IMG/VR virus record: IMGVR_UViG_3300035193_000067
Location: 64,001-128,000 of that record
Length of the DNA stretch: 64,000 nt
Strand: one strand, 5' to 3'
Origin: a virus
The notes beneath the pieces were generated by a model that had not been told where the DNA came from, made no database searches, and was given only the letters and a program-made list of their open reading frames with translations. Of the stretch, positions 37,901 to 46,133 are shown one piece after another (position 1 is the first letter of the stretch; each line of letters begins with the position of its first letter). The position numbers and the translations under genes are program-made.

Positions 37901-39864
37901 ACACTGGTATCAAAAGCTGAAGAAGTCTTCCTTCCTACTCCTCCATAAAAAACACCAGCGGTCAATTTTAAATTAAGAGTCCCGATTTCAGAGAGCATTG
38001 CCCCGTATGCCCACTCAGCAATTGCAGATCCTCTACCAATTGCCACCTCAACAAATCTCTGGGTAAGAGCCATGTTGAAGTCAAGGAACCCATTGTCATA
38101 ATTAACCAGAAGGACATCACTACCTTGACGGTATGCAAGATCAAGAGCTACTTTATCCCTGCTAAACAGTACTGCAGAGCTTGTCCCTGCAAGAACTGCA
38201 GGAGTACCTGAGTTATAATCCACATAAATATAGTTGATACTGTTGTCAGTAAGAACTAAATCAGGAGTTGCAGAGAACTGCACAAAACCTGTATCAGATC
38301 CAACAGCAGCTGAATCCTTACAAAGAACTACACCGGAAGACACATCAACTGCACCTGTAGTAGCGCTTACAGTTACTAAACCGCCTGAGATAAGACCTCT
38401 ACCCTGATGATAATTTATCATGTCCTGAATACTGTCTACAGTGGCTCCATCAATATCTGCCAGATGTACCTGATCAGCAGTGTAATCACCGTCAGCAGGC
38501 ACCACAGCACCCGTACGAGTATTAAAGGATGTAACGTAGGATCCTTTAATGGTTGCCAGGTCCTCATAATTCTTCAGGATGTCAGAGGCATAGACAGGTT
38601 TGGACATTGATCCATCCTGAAAAGAGATGGTTCTTCCGCTTATTGCTGTGTCTACTCCTATCAGAGATTTCTTAAGTCCAGGAGCGTAGTAAAGCTTTGC
38701 AGTGGAAGTTCCGTCAGTGACACAGACATGAGTACCTGTGTAGCTCAGGCAGGTAACTCCAGAAACTACGTAAGAGTCTATGTTTACCAAAGAAGCATTG
38801 TACCAGGAAACTACTGAATCAGCAAAGCTTGCCAGAAGGAACGTTCCATCACCCAACGCAACGACACCTGAAGCACCATTGAAGGACAGAACATCCACAT
38901 AAGCATACCCACTTATTGCAAAACGCTCCATCACATCCAAAGTACTGTTGCACAGATATACATAAGTGTTATCTACAGCAAGGCATCCGTTGGAAGAGTT
39001 CCCGCCAGACCTTACCACCGTACCTGCAAGAGCACCTGCATGAGTGTATACCTCAAATCCGTAGTTACCGGAAGTACCGATCTCTACAAACACATGAGTG
39101 TCATTTGCAGTCACATATGATTCATTTGAAGTAGTAGTGATGCCTGAATATGCAAAGGATGTTGACAAAGCCAGGGTAACAACATCGTATACATAAATTG
39201 TAGTGGTCGTATTGCAAGCTACAAAGATCTTCCCCGCAGCTACAGCAATACCACCTTCTGCAGGAGTAACCGAAGCAGACACTTCCACAACCTGATCAGA
39301 GACTCTTATTTTCGAAAGAGTATTGGAAGATAACCTGTAAATATACTGTCCAAAAATAGCAGTATTGTGAGCCGCTCCTCCAAAAGTGAGGGAAGAGTAC
39401 AGAGAAAGATCCTGAAACTCCACCCTCTCCTGCTGAAGAGGTACACGTGTGTCACTGACGTTGTAGGCACCTTGTTTCAGGTTTAGTACCGGATTGGCAG
39501 CAACTGCAATAGACCCGTCATAAACGTACTGAACAGTACTTGTAGCAGAACTTGCCAGGGTGTAAGTGGATCCTGTATCATCCGTATAACGCAGAATGAA
39601 CCCAGGGCCTCCTGTGTTGTCTGCCCAGATCGTAGGAATACCTACACCGCCTGGGTTGGAGGACTTCCCAGAGGGCTCAAAAGACACACCACCCAACCCT
39701 GTTACAGGGTCGCCATCTTTACCCAGCTTTGTTTCTACCGCCACCAGAGCGCCTGCAGGAACGTTCTGATGAGACGCCAGAACAAAATCAACACTATCGA
39801 TGAGAGCAGGAGCAAAAGTGTCTAATGCAATAGGATAATTTGAGGAGGGCCAAACTGTTGTCAT
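34945..39864 (-). CDS. Large virion fibre / receptor-binding protein with beta-propeller-like regions
   Basis: N-terminal YPIALD...ASHQN...AVETKLG anchor; VTSFNTRTGAV and HNGLSGLQGG..EFYH fibre motifs; two propeller-like repeat regions. Confidence 0.7.
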   Translation of the reverse strand: MTTVWPSSNYPIALDTFAPALIDSVDFVLASHQNVPAGALVAVETKLGKDGDPVTGLGGVSFEPSGKSSNPGGVGIPTIWADNTGGPGFILRYTDDTGSTYTLASSATSTVQYVYDGSIAVAANPVLNLKQGAYNVSDTRVPLQQERVEFQDLSLYSSLTFGGAAHNTAIFGQYIYRLSSNTLSKIRVSDQVVEVSASVTPAEGGIAVAAGKIFVACNTTTTIYVYDVVTLALSTSFAYSGITTTSNESYVTANDTHVFVEIGTSGNYGFEVYTHAGALAGTVVRSGGNSSNGCLAVDNTYVYLCNSTLDVMERFAISGYAYVDVLSFNGASGVVALGDGTFLLASFADSVVSWYNASLVNIDSYVVSGVTCLSYTGTHVCVTDGTSTAKLYYAPGLKKSLIGVDTAISGRTISFQDGSMSKPVYASDILKNYEDLATIKGSYVTSFNTRTGAVVPADGDYTADQVHLADIDGATVDSIQDMINYHQGRGLISGGLVTVSATTGAVDVSSGVVLCKDSAAVGSDTGFVQFSATPDLVLTDNSINYIYVDYNSGTPAVLAGTSSAVLFSRDKVALDLAYRQGSDVLLVNYDNGFLDFNMALTQRFVEVAIGRGSAIAEWAYGAMLSEIGTLNLKLTAGVFYGGVGRKTSSAFDTSVADTFDYIYRDGIGGHTVVSSQTAIDNLQYDDGSGSLQTLANNKYGVHWVYLDFSGSNLYVVYGLNSYTLEEAQNALPPSDIPDNLVDFSIRVGKVIVAKSGTSLIVQSAFGAPVSSSGIPVHNGLSGLQGGSSTTDEFYHVDAAGEIAAARMSRYVTATGEPIGFQYTSDPDNQQAAVDTTARTVTLSGVDISALYNGDDIGVANGWVSSSYTAAPTTTQYLYYDGSFTWSSLPWSFNTVQICAVVYNSAGTFLFGLEEMHGCGMSTASHEEMHNLHGTYRYSGGDVSGIVLSSTTASERRPIVSECVVADEDRKSRLLVHNTQNNYSQVYLTGAGALTNLVTGSTDIVPLNAGAPRYNQYTGGAWQLTDIPTAKYGVVFLYALPVTKDAASQLARFIYIPGQDYFDSLSLAQQYYPQELNLGEFSSLVAEFVPIQRFIINRTGGDWTVEESLRLEGSRTITVGSVAGSFLSTVSTDSTLTGTGTSTDPLAVGPHAPNHEYLGGDEVNPGNMQGSITSTAQKFKISNGVTTGSTDYAGVEFRGLTAESEFNIDTPANYQSIMIGEKHVIVTSTIASENRVYNRITGEKILDATELLPYTRGFIAPDDKLYYFTGVNVRIYNPLLNITTTKYQAALVAGYGGIVEKDGILHIVDGAKTYFQYNMDTNVLSNIAGPIGISNRAYALCFVGEKLFVLDGDNTSTADVYVRNINTSTGAIDDSSNAYSVVVSSLTSSSVSPFFNTLCVALGDYSSKKILYLDPDDLTNELYNNTFSFQGNYTDIYEGKLYSLDNASDKIVVYQLPSLTLNAPNHIDGSNINSSDFIYDGGHYSYLDWCRASKQLISDRYNDYIDLKRSDQFTVPSGTASGTYDIKIPNVLQDVSGAEEVASLITDVVLQVRNTTSVLVAISQHIDAADYPNMKTANTENTLQPTSIDWLDSIEQITTGTPGTLTIRVTWDTTSRASDVIVHYHVRSRGPVLLKEPTPI

Positions 39865-39909
39865 ATTATAATAACCTTTGGTTAATCAAGTTAAAAATCA
39901 CCAAAGATT

Positions 39910-39935
39910 ATTATACTACATGCTATTTCGGGATT
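39910..39935 (-). promoter_or_regulatory. Putative late promoter AATCCCGAAA-N10-TATAAT
   Basis: Copy of the motif upstream of the fibre-portal operon. Confidence 0.55.
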
Positions 39936-39956
39936 CTAAAGGCAGGAGGGATAGGA

Positions 39957-40196
39957 TTAGAGTCTTCCGTATTCATAAACTCCACGGATATTCTGCCAAA
40001 TAAACTGCCCTTTTGAAGGAGCCTCCCAGAAAGCTGCCCAGGTCTCCGGAGAAACTCCTGCATACCAGTACGTATCTTCTGCACCAGTCTTCTTATTGTA
40101 GAAAGTAACGTACAATACTGCAGCATCCTCATCATAACCCATACGACGAACATTGCTGGAGTCTACATCGAACATCTGTGTATTTTCAAAAGCCAT
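39957..40196 (-). CDS. KTSC domain protein
   Basis: SSNVRRMGYD...LYVTF...YWYAGVS...APSKGQF..NIR is the KTSC consensus. Confidence 0.9.
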   Translation of the reverse strand: MAFENTQMFDVDSSNVRRMGYDEDAAVLYVTFYNKKTGAEDTYWYAGVSPETWAAFWEAPSKGQFIWQNIRGVYEYGRL

Positions 40197-40205
40197 GGTA
40201 TCCTT

Positions 40206-40469
40206 CTAAAGAAATTTATCAGTACTGAAAGGATCCTGATTGGTTACTTCTTCAGTATAACCCTTCCCAAGAACTTTTGCAACTATTTTTCTGGATTCTT
40301 TTGTACCGAGCTTTGTCTGTATACCTAAATCGACTAAACCAATCGTAAATGCATACTTCTCAGCATCATTCAGTTGTGAGCACAACCTGTTGTACATTTC
40401 CTGACTCAGCAGATTGTCATCATCTGCCGCAAGTCTGGCCCGCTCTATAGCATCTTCCATCGTAATCAT
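40206..40469 (-). CDS. Hypothetical protein
   Basis: Coupled small ORF. Confidence 0.55.
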   Translation of the reverse strand: MITMEDAIERARLAADDDNLLSQEMYNRLCSQLNDAEKYAFTIGLVDLGIQTKLGTKESRKIVAKVLGKGYTEEVTNQDPFSTDKFL

Positions 40470-40651
40470 AAAGAAGCGTCCTTTACCTTACCTTCAAATA
40501 GAGATTCCAAAGATCTGTCAACTTCCTGATCAGCTTTCTTCCGCTGCTCAGAATAATCAAGCATGTCGCACAAATGCATGTTACGAACATCCTCAATAGA
40601 CATTCCCGCAGATCTTTCAATTTCTTTAACCAATTCTGACTGAATACTCAT
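40466..40651 (-). CDS. Hypothetical protein
   Basis: GAGG RBS; ATGA overlap. Confidence 0.55.
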   Translation of the reverse strand: MSIQSELVKEIERSAGMSIEDVRNMHLCDMLDYSEQRKKADQEVDRSLESLFEGKVKDASL

Positions 40652-40688
40652 AATTTCCTCCTGTAAAGTCTACCACAGACTTTTTCGA

Positions 40689-40865
40689 TTAGCTTAACGG
40701 GTTATCATTTTCTGAAGGAGTACATGTATCATAGTATTCCTCACACAACTCTTTCATGCAATAAGGCTTCTTCCCACCATAACACTTGGGACGGTCGGAC
40801 TCCTCTTTGACAATGCTGCTGTCAATCTCCGTAATTACTGCTACAGCTTTACGCTTCTTTGCCAT
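40689..40865 (-). CDS. Small Cys-rich protein (MAKKRK..., 58 aa)
   Basis: GGAGG RBS before ATG 40865; four Cys. Confidence 0.55.
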   Translation of the reverse strand: MAKKRKAVAVITEIDSSIVKEESDRPKCYGGKKPYCMKELCEEYYDTCTPSENDNPLS

Positions 40866-40866
40866 A

Positions 40867-41034
40867 TCAATCCTCCTGCAAAGGCTCTTTAAGTTCCCAG
40901 GATAACTCTCCGGAGGTCTCGACAACTTCTACAGTAGGCAGATCGTCCAATCCTTCTTCAAATCCTGTGTTTTCATACAGCCTGCGGAAACCTCCACAGG
41001 AATCAGGTACAAAAAATAAATGCATAGATGTCAT
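40867..41034 (-). CDS. Small hypothetical protein (55 aa, MTSMHLFFVPD...)
   Basis: AGGAG RBS; fills the gap; absent from the track. Confidence 0.5.
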   Translation of the reverse strand: MTSMHLFFVPDSCGGFRRLYENTGFEEGLDDLPTVEVVETSGELSWELKEPLQED

Positions 41035-41047
41035 AATTAACTCTCCT

Positions 41048-41335
41048 TCAATCTTTCTCAGTCTCTGAGAGACCGTACCATTTTCTCAATTGAGATCTGC
41101 AAAACATTACCTGAGCTCGGCAAAACATTACCTGATTCCAGTAAACCTTCGGAAGATCTGCCCAATTATGAGTAGAACAAGATCTCAAAGCGGGACAGTT
41201 TCCATCTGGTGCCTCACAAACAACTGTAACGGAAATTCTATCAATCATGTCGGTTGCTGAAGATGTCCTTGCTTTTTTACCGAAAACAAGCTGCATGAAA
41301 TCCTTCAGCTTCTTTTTCTTGTATCTAGTCGTCAT
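41048..41335 (-). CDS. Cys-rich hypothetical protein, tandem paralogue copy B
   Basis: Closely similar to 41350..41619; start MTTRY. Confidence 0.65.
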   Translation of the reverse strand: MTTRYKKKKLKDFMQLVFGKKARTSSATDMIDRISVTVVCEAPDGNCPALRSCSTHNWADLPKVYWNQVMFCRAQVMFCRSQLRKWYGLSETEKD

Positions 41336-41349
41336 CTCCAAAGTCTCCT

Positions 41350-41619
41350 TCAATCTGCCTCAGTATCTGAAAGACCGTACCATTTTCTCAACTGAACTCT
41401 GCAGAACATCATCTGATTCAAATAACCCTCTGGTAAATCAAACCCGTTATGAGCAGAACAAGATCTCAAAGCTGGACAATTTCCATCAGGAGCTTCACAT
41501 ACTACGGATACAGCAATTCTATCAAGCATCTCATTTTCAGATGATGTACTTGCGGCTTCTTTACCAAAAACAAGCTGCATAAAATCCTTCAACTTCTTCC
41601 TCTTGTATTTAGTCGTCAT
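41350..41619 (-). CDS. Cys-rich hypothetical protein, tandem paralogue copy A
   Basis: Start MTTKY; VVCEAPDGNCPALRSCS shared with copy B. Confidence 0.65.
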   Translation of the reverse strand: MTTKYKRKKLKDFMQLVFGKEAASTSSENEMLDRIAVSVVCEAPDGNCPALRSCSAHNGFDLPEGYLNQMMFCRVQLRKWYGLSDTEAD

Positions 41620-41938
41620 CTCCAAAATCTCCTTCAAATTCCATATCAACAACTCTATCTGCATCAGAACTTTTTAGCAGCATCTCAGCCACAAATAGAG
41701 AAGTGTAGTAATCCTTGCTTTCAACATAATCTGAAGAGAACTCTTTACGAATAGTATACTGCAGATCCAGATCCGTGATAGGATTTCCAAAACCCTCCAT
41801 CCAGAACTTCTCCAGCCGATCAACAACTTTAATCCTGAAAGTATCTCCACATCTAAGAATAACTACAGTACCCTTTACTTTAAGCCTGAAAGTGTCGCCG
41901 TAACTGAGAGTAGCTACCGTACCTTTAGTGTTACTCAT
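41609..41938 (-). CDS. Hypothetical protein with internal 17-aa duplication
   Basis: KGTVATLSYGDTFRLKV / KGTVVILRCGDTFRIKV; likely start ATG 41938. Confidence 0.55.
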   Translation of the reverse strand: MSNTKGTVATLSYGDTFRLKVKGTVVILRCGDTFRIKVVDRLEKFWMEGFGNPITDLDLQYTIRKEFSSDYVESKDYYTSLFVAEMLLKSSDADRVVDMEFEGDFGDDD

Positions 41939-42125
41939 CAAGGTCACCTTTAACAGCCTTTTCCAAAACTTCCAAGTATTTGCGATATTTGTTGAGGACC
42001 ATACGCAGACTGATCGAATCTGACCCAGCCTTGTCGCCCAATTCCTTGAGAGTCTTCAGCATGGATTTCTGAGTCTTGATTGAAGATTTCAGCAATTTTA
42101 CCAATTGTTTTTCACGAGTTGTCAT
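41931..42125 (-). CDS. Small basic coiled-coil protein
   Basis: AGGAG RBS; first gene after a sigma70-type promoter. Confidence 0.6.
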   Translation of the reverse strand: MTTREKQLVKLLKSSIKTQKSMLKTLKELGDKAGSDSISLRMVLNKYRKYLEVLEKAVKGDLDE

Positions 42126-42167
42126 AATATCTCCTTTTTAATGCGGGTTACTGAACCCTACCTGTAA

Positions 42168-42196
42168 AAGGTAACCCTGAATAAATACTATGTCAA
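42168..42196 (-). promoter_or_regulatory. Sigma70-type promoter TTGACA-N17-TACCTT
   Basis: Perfect -35 and 17-bp spacer upstream of the small-gene cassette. Confidence 0.6.
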
Positions 42197-42214
42197 GAAT
42201 TTTTTATCGAAAAA

Positions 42215-44383
42215 TCAGAATTTCTGACCAGGTCTGAAAAGAGTGGTATCAAAAGCATTCTGAGATGCGTGCAATTTCTTGATCACATCTCTTCTCCTGC
42301 CGGAGTCCAGTCGAGATACTACAGAGTCCTTGATAATTCTGTCAAGACCTATTACACATCTGGCAAGGTCATCAGATCCTCTACCTCGGACAGATCCCTT
42401 CTTCGGAGAGATCACACGAGTCAGATCAGAGGATCTTCCCAAACGCAGCAACTCAACCAGGACTACAGACTCCCCAGACATAAGCTCTTCAGGCGTCCCC
42501 ATCTGCAGAGCTCCTTCAGTAGTCAATCCTACCATATCCACAGGATCAGGAGGAAGCAGCTGCACCTTGTCTCCATACAGCTCCTGAATAAAATTCATGA
42601 AATCTGCTGACTTCAATGTCACTTTATTGGATTGTATCCCAAGATCTCGAATCCCCTGAATAAGCTGTGTTGAGTTCCACCTGTCGAATGCTACTGTAGC
42701 AATCTTCTGCTTCTTTTTGATCTCTTTAATGATATCCAATATACTATTAAAGTAAATCTCCCTACCTTTTGTAGGTACAATACGCATAGCCCAGTCAACC
42801 ACGGTTATAAGTTTGGCAAGATTCTCACCCTGTGAGAGAGCCTGCCCAGATCCTCCAGAGAGCATTCCACGTGCCATTGGGCAGTCAGGATCCATGTCCT
42901 CAGAACCTAACCTGACAGCTGTATCAGCAAAGCTTATGAAGCCTTCAGGAGCCTCTGAAGGTACTCTGATTTCAGGCATGCCCAGGTAGTGATCCGCATC
43001 CACATACTCAGGATGTCCTCCCGCAAGTGCAAAGCTGTCAAAGGTTTCCCCGGCATCTCCAAATATGTATAGCGGACTTTTGAAATTGTAGGGACAGTCT
43101 GCCACTGCTGCCCCGTCATAATGTTTACCTGTTTTATCGGTAATGTGCAGTTTTTCAAAAGTGACTGTAGGTTTCTTCTCGTGGTCAATACATTTCCAAA
43201 ATCTCAAAGGAGAATCAATAAGAGGTGTCTCAGCTGCCGGAGGATTTACACCAAAGTCACGCTCAGCACCTATTGCATCCTTTGCATACTCTTCATCGAA
43301 ATCTGCCCGAGTAAACTGAGGATTGAACTCCCAGGTAGGACCTTTCCAGTACAAGGTCTTCTTCAGAGCTCCTTGAGAAGCCTTGGCATACAGCTGCATG
43401 GCTGCATCGTCAATACTGATAGGACTGGTAACGTTGAGCATTATCCCGAAAAACTGAGGCAGCTGCATACGTCTGACAGCACCTCGGACAGTCTTTAAGG
43501 ACTGGTTAAGCACACGATACAGCTCCTGTGCAGAAGTTTTCGACTCTGTTACAGACAGACGGGAGAGCTCATCAATTCCTGCGAAGATCCTTGTCTTACC
43601 GGCAATACCGCCTGAGTTGCTGGACAACCTGTTAATACGCAACTGAAGATACTCATCAATTATTGCATCATCCAGCTCCTTGTATTTCCACAGACCAGTT
43701 TTACCAATCTGCTGAGATTCCAGATTGGTAATGTATGCAACAGCCTTGTTCATCCATGGAGAGTTGTTTCTCATGGATCGGAATTTTGCATAAATTGTGT
43801 CACGGGCCTGCATGGCTGTGGAAGCTGCAAAAGAAATCTCGAAGGTCTCACCCAGGGCCTGTCCAAGCATCCTGGGGATAGCATGCCTACCGCCTCTGGA
43901 AGCTATTACACGTAGGACATGCTCAATGTAACCTCCCATGTGAGCGCCAAAGAAGGACTTACCAGATCTCATGCCTGCGATGACAAGACCCTGATCGTAA
44001 TGAGTGACCATACCATCGTCAAGGAATTCATAGTAGGTTGTTCCACACTTGGGGCATTTGAAATCATTGTCTGCATCAGACCACTCAAGCAGTACTTCAG
44101 ACTCCAGGTACTCACGGCCTTTTCCCCAGGGATCTGCCGATTCAATGTCCTGAGGATTGCAAACCTTACAACGTAAATTGAAAAAGTCTCTGAGAAGCTG
44201 ATACTGTCGGGAATGCTGAAAAGTGGATGGTACATTCCAGTAGTCAGTACCTGTCACCCATTGAATAATGTTTGGAGCAAAAGTGCTTAGATATTGCTTT
44301 TCTTCGGCAAGCTGATCAGATCCGCCGATACGTGAATCAATTTGACTGGAAAGATCGTTGAGGAATTCTATGGAGGATTTCAT
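42215..44383 (-). CDS. terL: Terminase large subunit
   Basis: Walker A VIAGMRSGKS, Walker B FAGIDEL, nuclease motifs IFGDAG, FDRWNS and DDLARC. Confidence 0.92.
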   Translation of the reverse strand: MKSSIEFLNDLSSQIDSRIGGSDQLAEEKQYLSTFAPNIIQWVTGTDYWNVPSTFQHSRQYQLLRDFFNLRCKVCNPQDIESADPWGKGREYLESEVLLEWSDADNDFKCPKCGTTYYEFLDDGMVTHYDQGLVIAGMRSGKSFFGAHMGGYIEHVLRVIASRGGRHAIPRMLGQALGETFEISFAASTAMQARDTIYAKFRSMRNNSPWMNKAVAYITNLESQQIGKTGLWKYKELDDAIIDEYLQLRINRLSSNSGGIAGKTRIFAGIDELSRLSVTESKTSAQELYRVLNQSLKTVRGAVRRMQLPQFFGIMLNVTSPISIDDAAMQLYAKASQGALKKTLYWKGPTWEFNPQFTRADFDEEYAKDAIGAERDFGVNPPAAETPLIDSPLRFWKCIDHEKKPTVTFEKLHITDKTGKHYDGAAVADCPYNFKSPLYIFGDAGETFDSFALAGGHPEYVDADHYLGMPEIRVPSEAPEGFISFADTAVRLGSEDMDPDCPMARGMLSGGSGQALSQGENLAKLITVVDWAMRIVPTKGREIYFNSILDIIKEIKKKQKIATVAFDRWNSTQLIQGIRDLGIQSNKVTLKSADFMNFIQELYGDKVQLLPPDPVDMVGLTTEGALQMGTPEELMSGESVVLVELLRLGRSSDLTRVISPKKGSVRGRGSDDLARCVIGLDRIIKDSVVSRLDSGRRRDVIKKLHASQNAFDTTLFRPGQKF

Positions 44384-44390
44384 TTAAGAT

Positions 44391-45158
44391 TTAATCAGAT
44401 TGTGAGGGATCTGATGTACTCACAGCAATAAAGTTGTTACTTTCTTCTAGCGTATATAATACATCTGGTTCAAGACCGTCTTCTCCTATATACCCTATTT
44501 TAACACGGGATCGTTCTACCTTACTATCCCAGTACTCAATAGAAATTTTACCTCGTTCACCTGCTGAAGCAGATCCTCCGCATCCTACCGTGGCAAATCC
44601 TTCAACACCCACTTTAGCAGATCCTCCTGATCCTGCTGTAGCATACCCATAGTTATCAGCTACGGAAACCCCGTGATAGCCAGAAGTAGATCTACCTCCT
44701 ATACCTGAAACTGAAGTTCCATAATCACCTGTACAGGAGACTCCGCACTTTCCTGATGTAGCAGATCCTCTGCAACCTGAAACAGCCATTGCAAGATCTC
44801 CTACAGAAACAGTAGCACCCACTACAGGACCTTGTGCTCCTTTTCTCATGATAAAATCTGTAGCAGATTTCTGATCCCCACAATGCTCTACATACCCTGA
44901 TTGAAACTCGACATGTGTGCTATGCTGCCGGATAGTACCATCTACACGAATTACCAACCACTTAGCTTCAGGAAACCAATCAATTACACCACCAAAACCA
45001 CTGCCCCAAAAAAGACCATACAACCCACTATGATCAACTTCAGGATCCCAGTCAGCAGACTCCACATAACCCGATTCAGGCCATTGAAAACCTTTATAAT
45101 CAGTAAGATCCTCTTTACAAGTCCTCAAAACATAAACTGGATTATTTACACCACTCAT
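44391..45158 (-). CDS. Mini ice-nucleation-protein-like repeat protein (paralogue 1)
   Basis: VLRTC...WPESG.VE...GL.GL.WG.G N-domain, 11 octapeptide repeats, YWD...GYIGEDGLEPDVLY C-cap. Confidence 0.75.
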   Translation of the reverse strand: MSGVNNPVYVLRTCKEDLTDYKGFQWPESGYVESADWDPEVDHSGLYGLFWGSGFGGVIDWFPEAKWLVIRVDGTIRQHSTHVEFQSGYVEHCGDQKSATDFIMRKGAQGPVVGATVSVGDLAMAVSGCRGSATSGKCGVSCTGDYGTSVSGIGGRSTSGYHGVSVADNYGYATAGSGGSAKVGVEGFATVGCGGSASAGERGKISIEYWDSKVERSRVKIGYIGEDGLEPDVLYTLEESNNFIAVSTSDPSQSD

Positions 45159-45466
45159 TACTCCTCCTCATGCAGATAATCCTCATCATACGCGTCATCA
45201 GAGTCTTCCCAGTAAGCCTGGGAAAAACTGTCCGCCTCTCGTGCCTCAACACCTGTAACTGATAGATAACCTTCTTCATCACCGTAATAACGTCCAAGCT
45301 CAATATGAGTATACCCCTTGCTCAAGGCCTTCTCCCTGACATTAATCAGGAAATCTACAACCTGTACCAGATCTCCTTCAAGCTCTTCCTCTTTAATTAT
45401 CTTCAGTTCTTTCCGCATAAGCATTACCTGCACATTCCAATAGTATGTTGGAAAGGATATGATCAC
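45158..45466 (-). CDS. Acidic hypothetical protein
   Basis: Coupled ORF; start may be MRKELK at 45418. Confidence 0.5.
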   Translation of the reverse strand: MIISFPTYYWNVQVMLMRKELKIIKEEELEGDLVQVVDFLINVREKALSKGYTHIELGRYYGDEEGYLSVTGVEAREADSFSQAYWEDSDDAYDEDYLHEEE

Positions 45467-45698
45467 CCTCTCTCACTTTGATCTTACTTTTATCTATGGA
45501 TCTAGGTAAAATATATTTGATACCATCAACCCACACTTCCAATCCCAAATATGATAAGGCATACACTGTCGGGAATTTTATAAGGGATGCCAAAAAAGGC
45601 TCACCCTCTTTGTACTCATCAGGAAATCTCAGAACAACCCTTCCAAGAGGCTGGCCGTTCTCTCTCCTTAATATGTGATCCTGCTGAAAAGTTTTCAT
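45393..45698 (-). CDS. Hypothetical protein
   Basis: ORF track; same-strand cluster. Confidence 0.5.
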   Translation of the reverse strand: MKTFQQDHILRRENGQPLGRVVLRFPDEYKEGEPFLASLIKFPTVYALSYLGLEVWVDGIKYILPRSIDKSKIKVREGDHILSNILLECAGNAYAERTEDN

Positions 45699-45701
45699 AT
45701 C

Positions 45702-45962
45702 CTACTTCCTGTTCAACTCTCTTAGAAACTCTGCAAAACATCGATTAAGTTCTGCGTTATTATCTTTTTCACCCTTCAGTTCTGCCTGACTTTTGCTGTA
45801 CATCCTACGTAGAGTAGACAATTCACTGGAATAAATATCTCTTAACTTATAACAGGTATCCTTCCAGAATCTAACATCCTCAATAAGCTCGCTGACAACT
45901 CTAGTGTGTCTATATCTAATTTCCATTTTCATCACCTCCATCATCATACAGATCACAACCAT
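45702..45962 (-). CDS. Hypothetical coiled-coil protein
   Basis: ORF track; start probably MEIRY after GGAGG. Confidence 0.5.
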   Translation of the reverse strand: MVVICMMMEVMKMEIRYRHTRVVSELIEDVRFWKDTCYKLRDIYSSELSTLRRMYSKSQAELKGEKDNNAELNRCFAEFLRELNRK

Positions 45963-46104
45963 CTACAAAAATAGAGTCAAGACTCCCACAGACATTATAA
46001 CTGTAAACCATGCAATCATAATGTTCGCTTTCCCTGTTGTCACAGATTGAATAAAATATACTCTCACCATATTCCGAGTGTTTACATTCTTTACATTTAC
46101 TCAT
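45916..46104 (-). CDS. Small Cys-rich protein
   Basis: CKEC plus four further Cys. Confidence 0.55.
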   Translation of the reverse strand: MSKCKECKHSEYGESIFYSICDNRESEHYDCMVYSYNVCGSLDSIFVDGCDLYDDGGDENGN

Positions 46105-46133
46105 TCATGTGTATCCTTTGAATCAGTCATTTT

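Larger units (their letters stand above)
41048..41637. repeat. Tandem direct duplication, about 290-bp unit including the RBS
   Basis: Both copies are preceded by TGAAGGAGA(C/T)TTTGGAGATG; high nucleotide similarity is visible by eye. Confidence 0.85.

Noticed and set aside
41048-41637. Possible DGR template/variable repeat pair
   Set aside because: Differences are not confined to adenines, both copies are intact genes with RBS, and no reverse transcriptase is nearby.
42215-44383. Intein in the long TerL
   Set aside because: No intein-like N-terminal block, no HN-C/S/T junction and no LAGLIDADG motifs seen.
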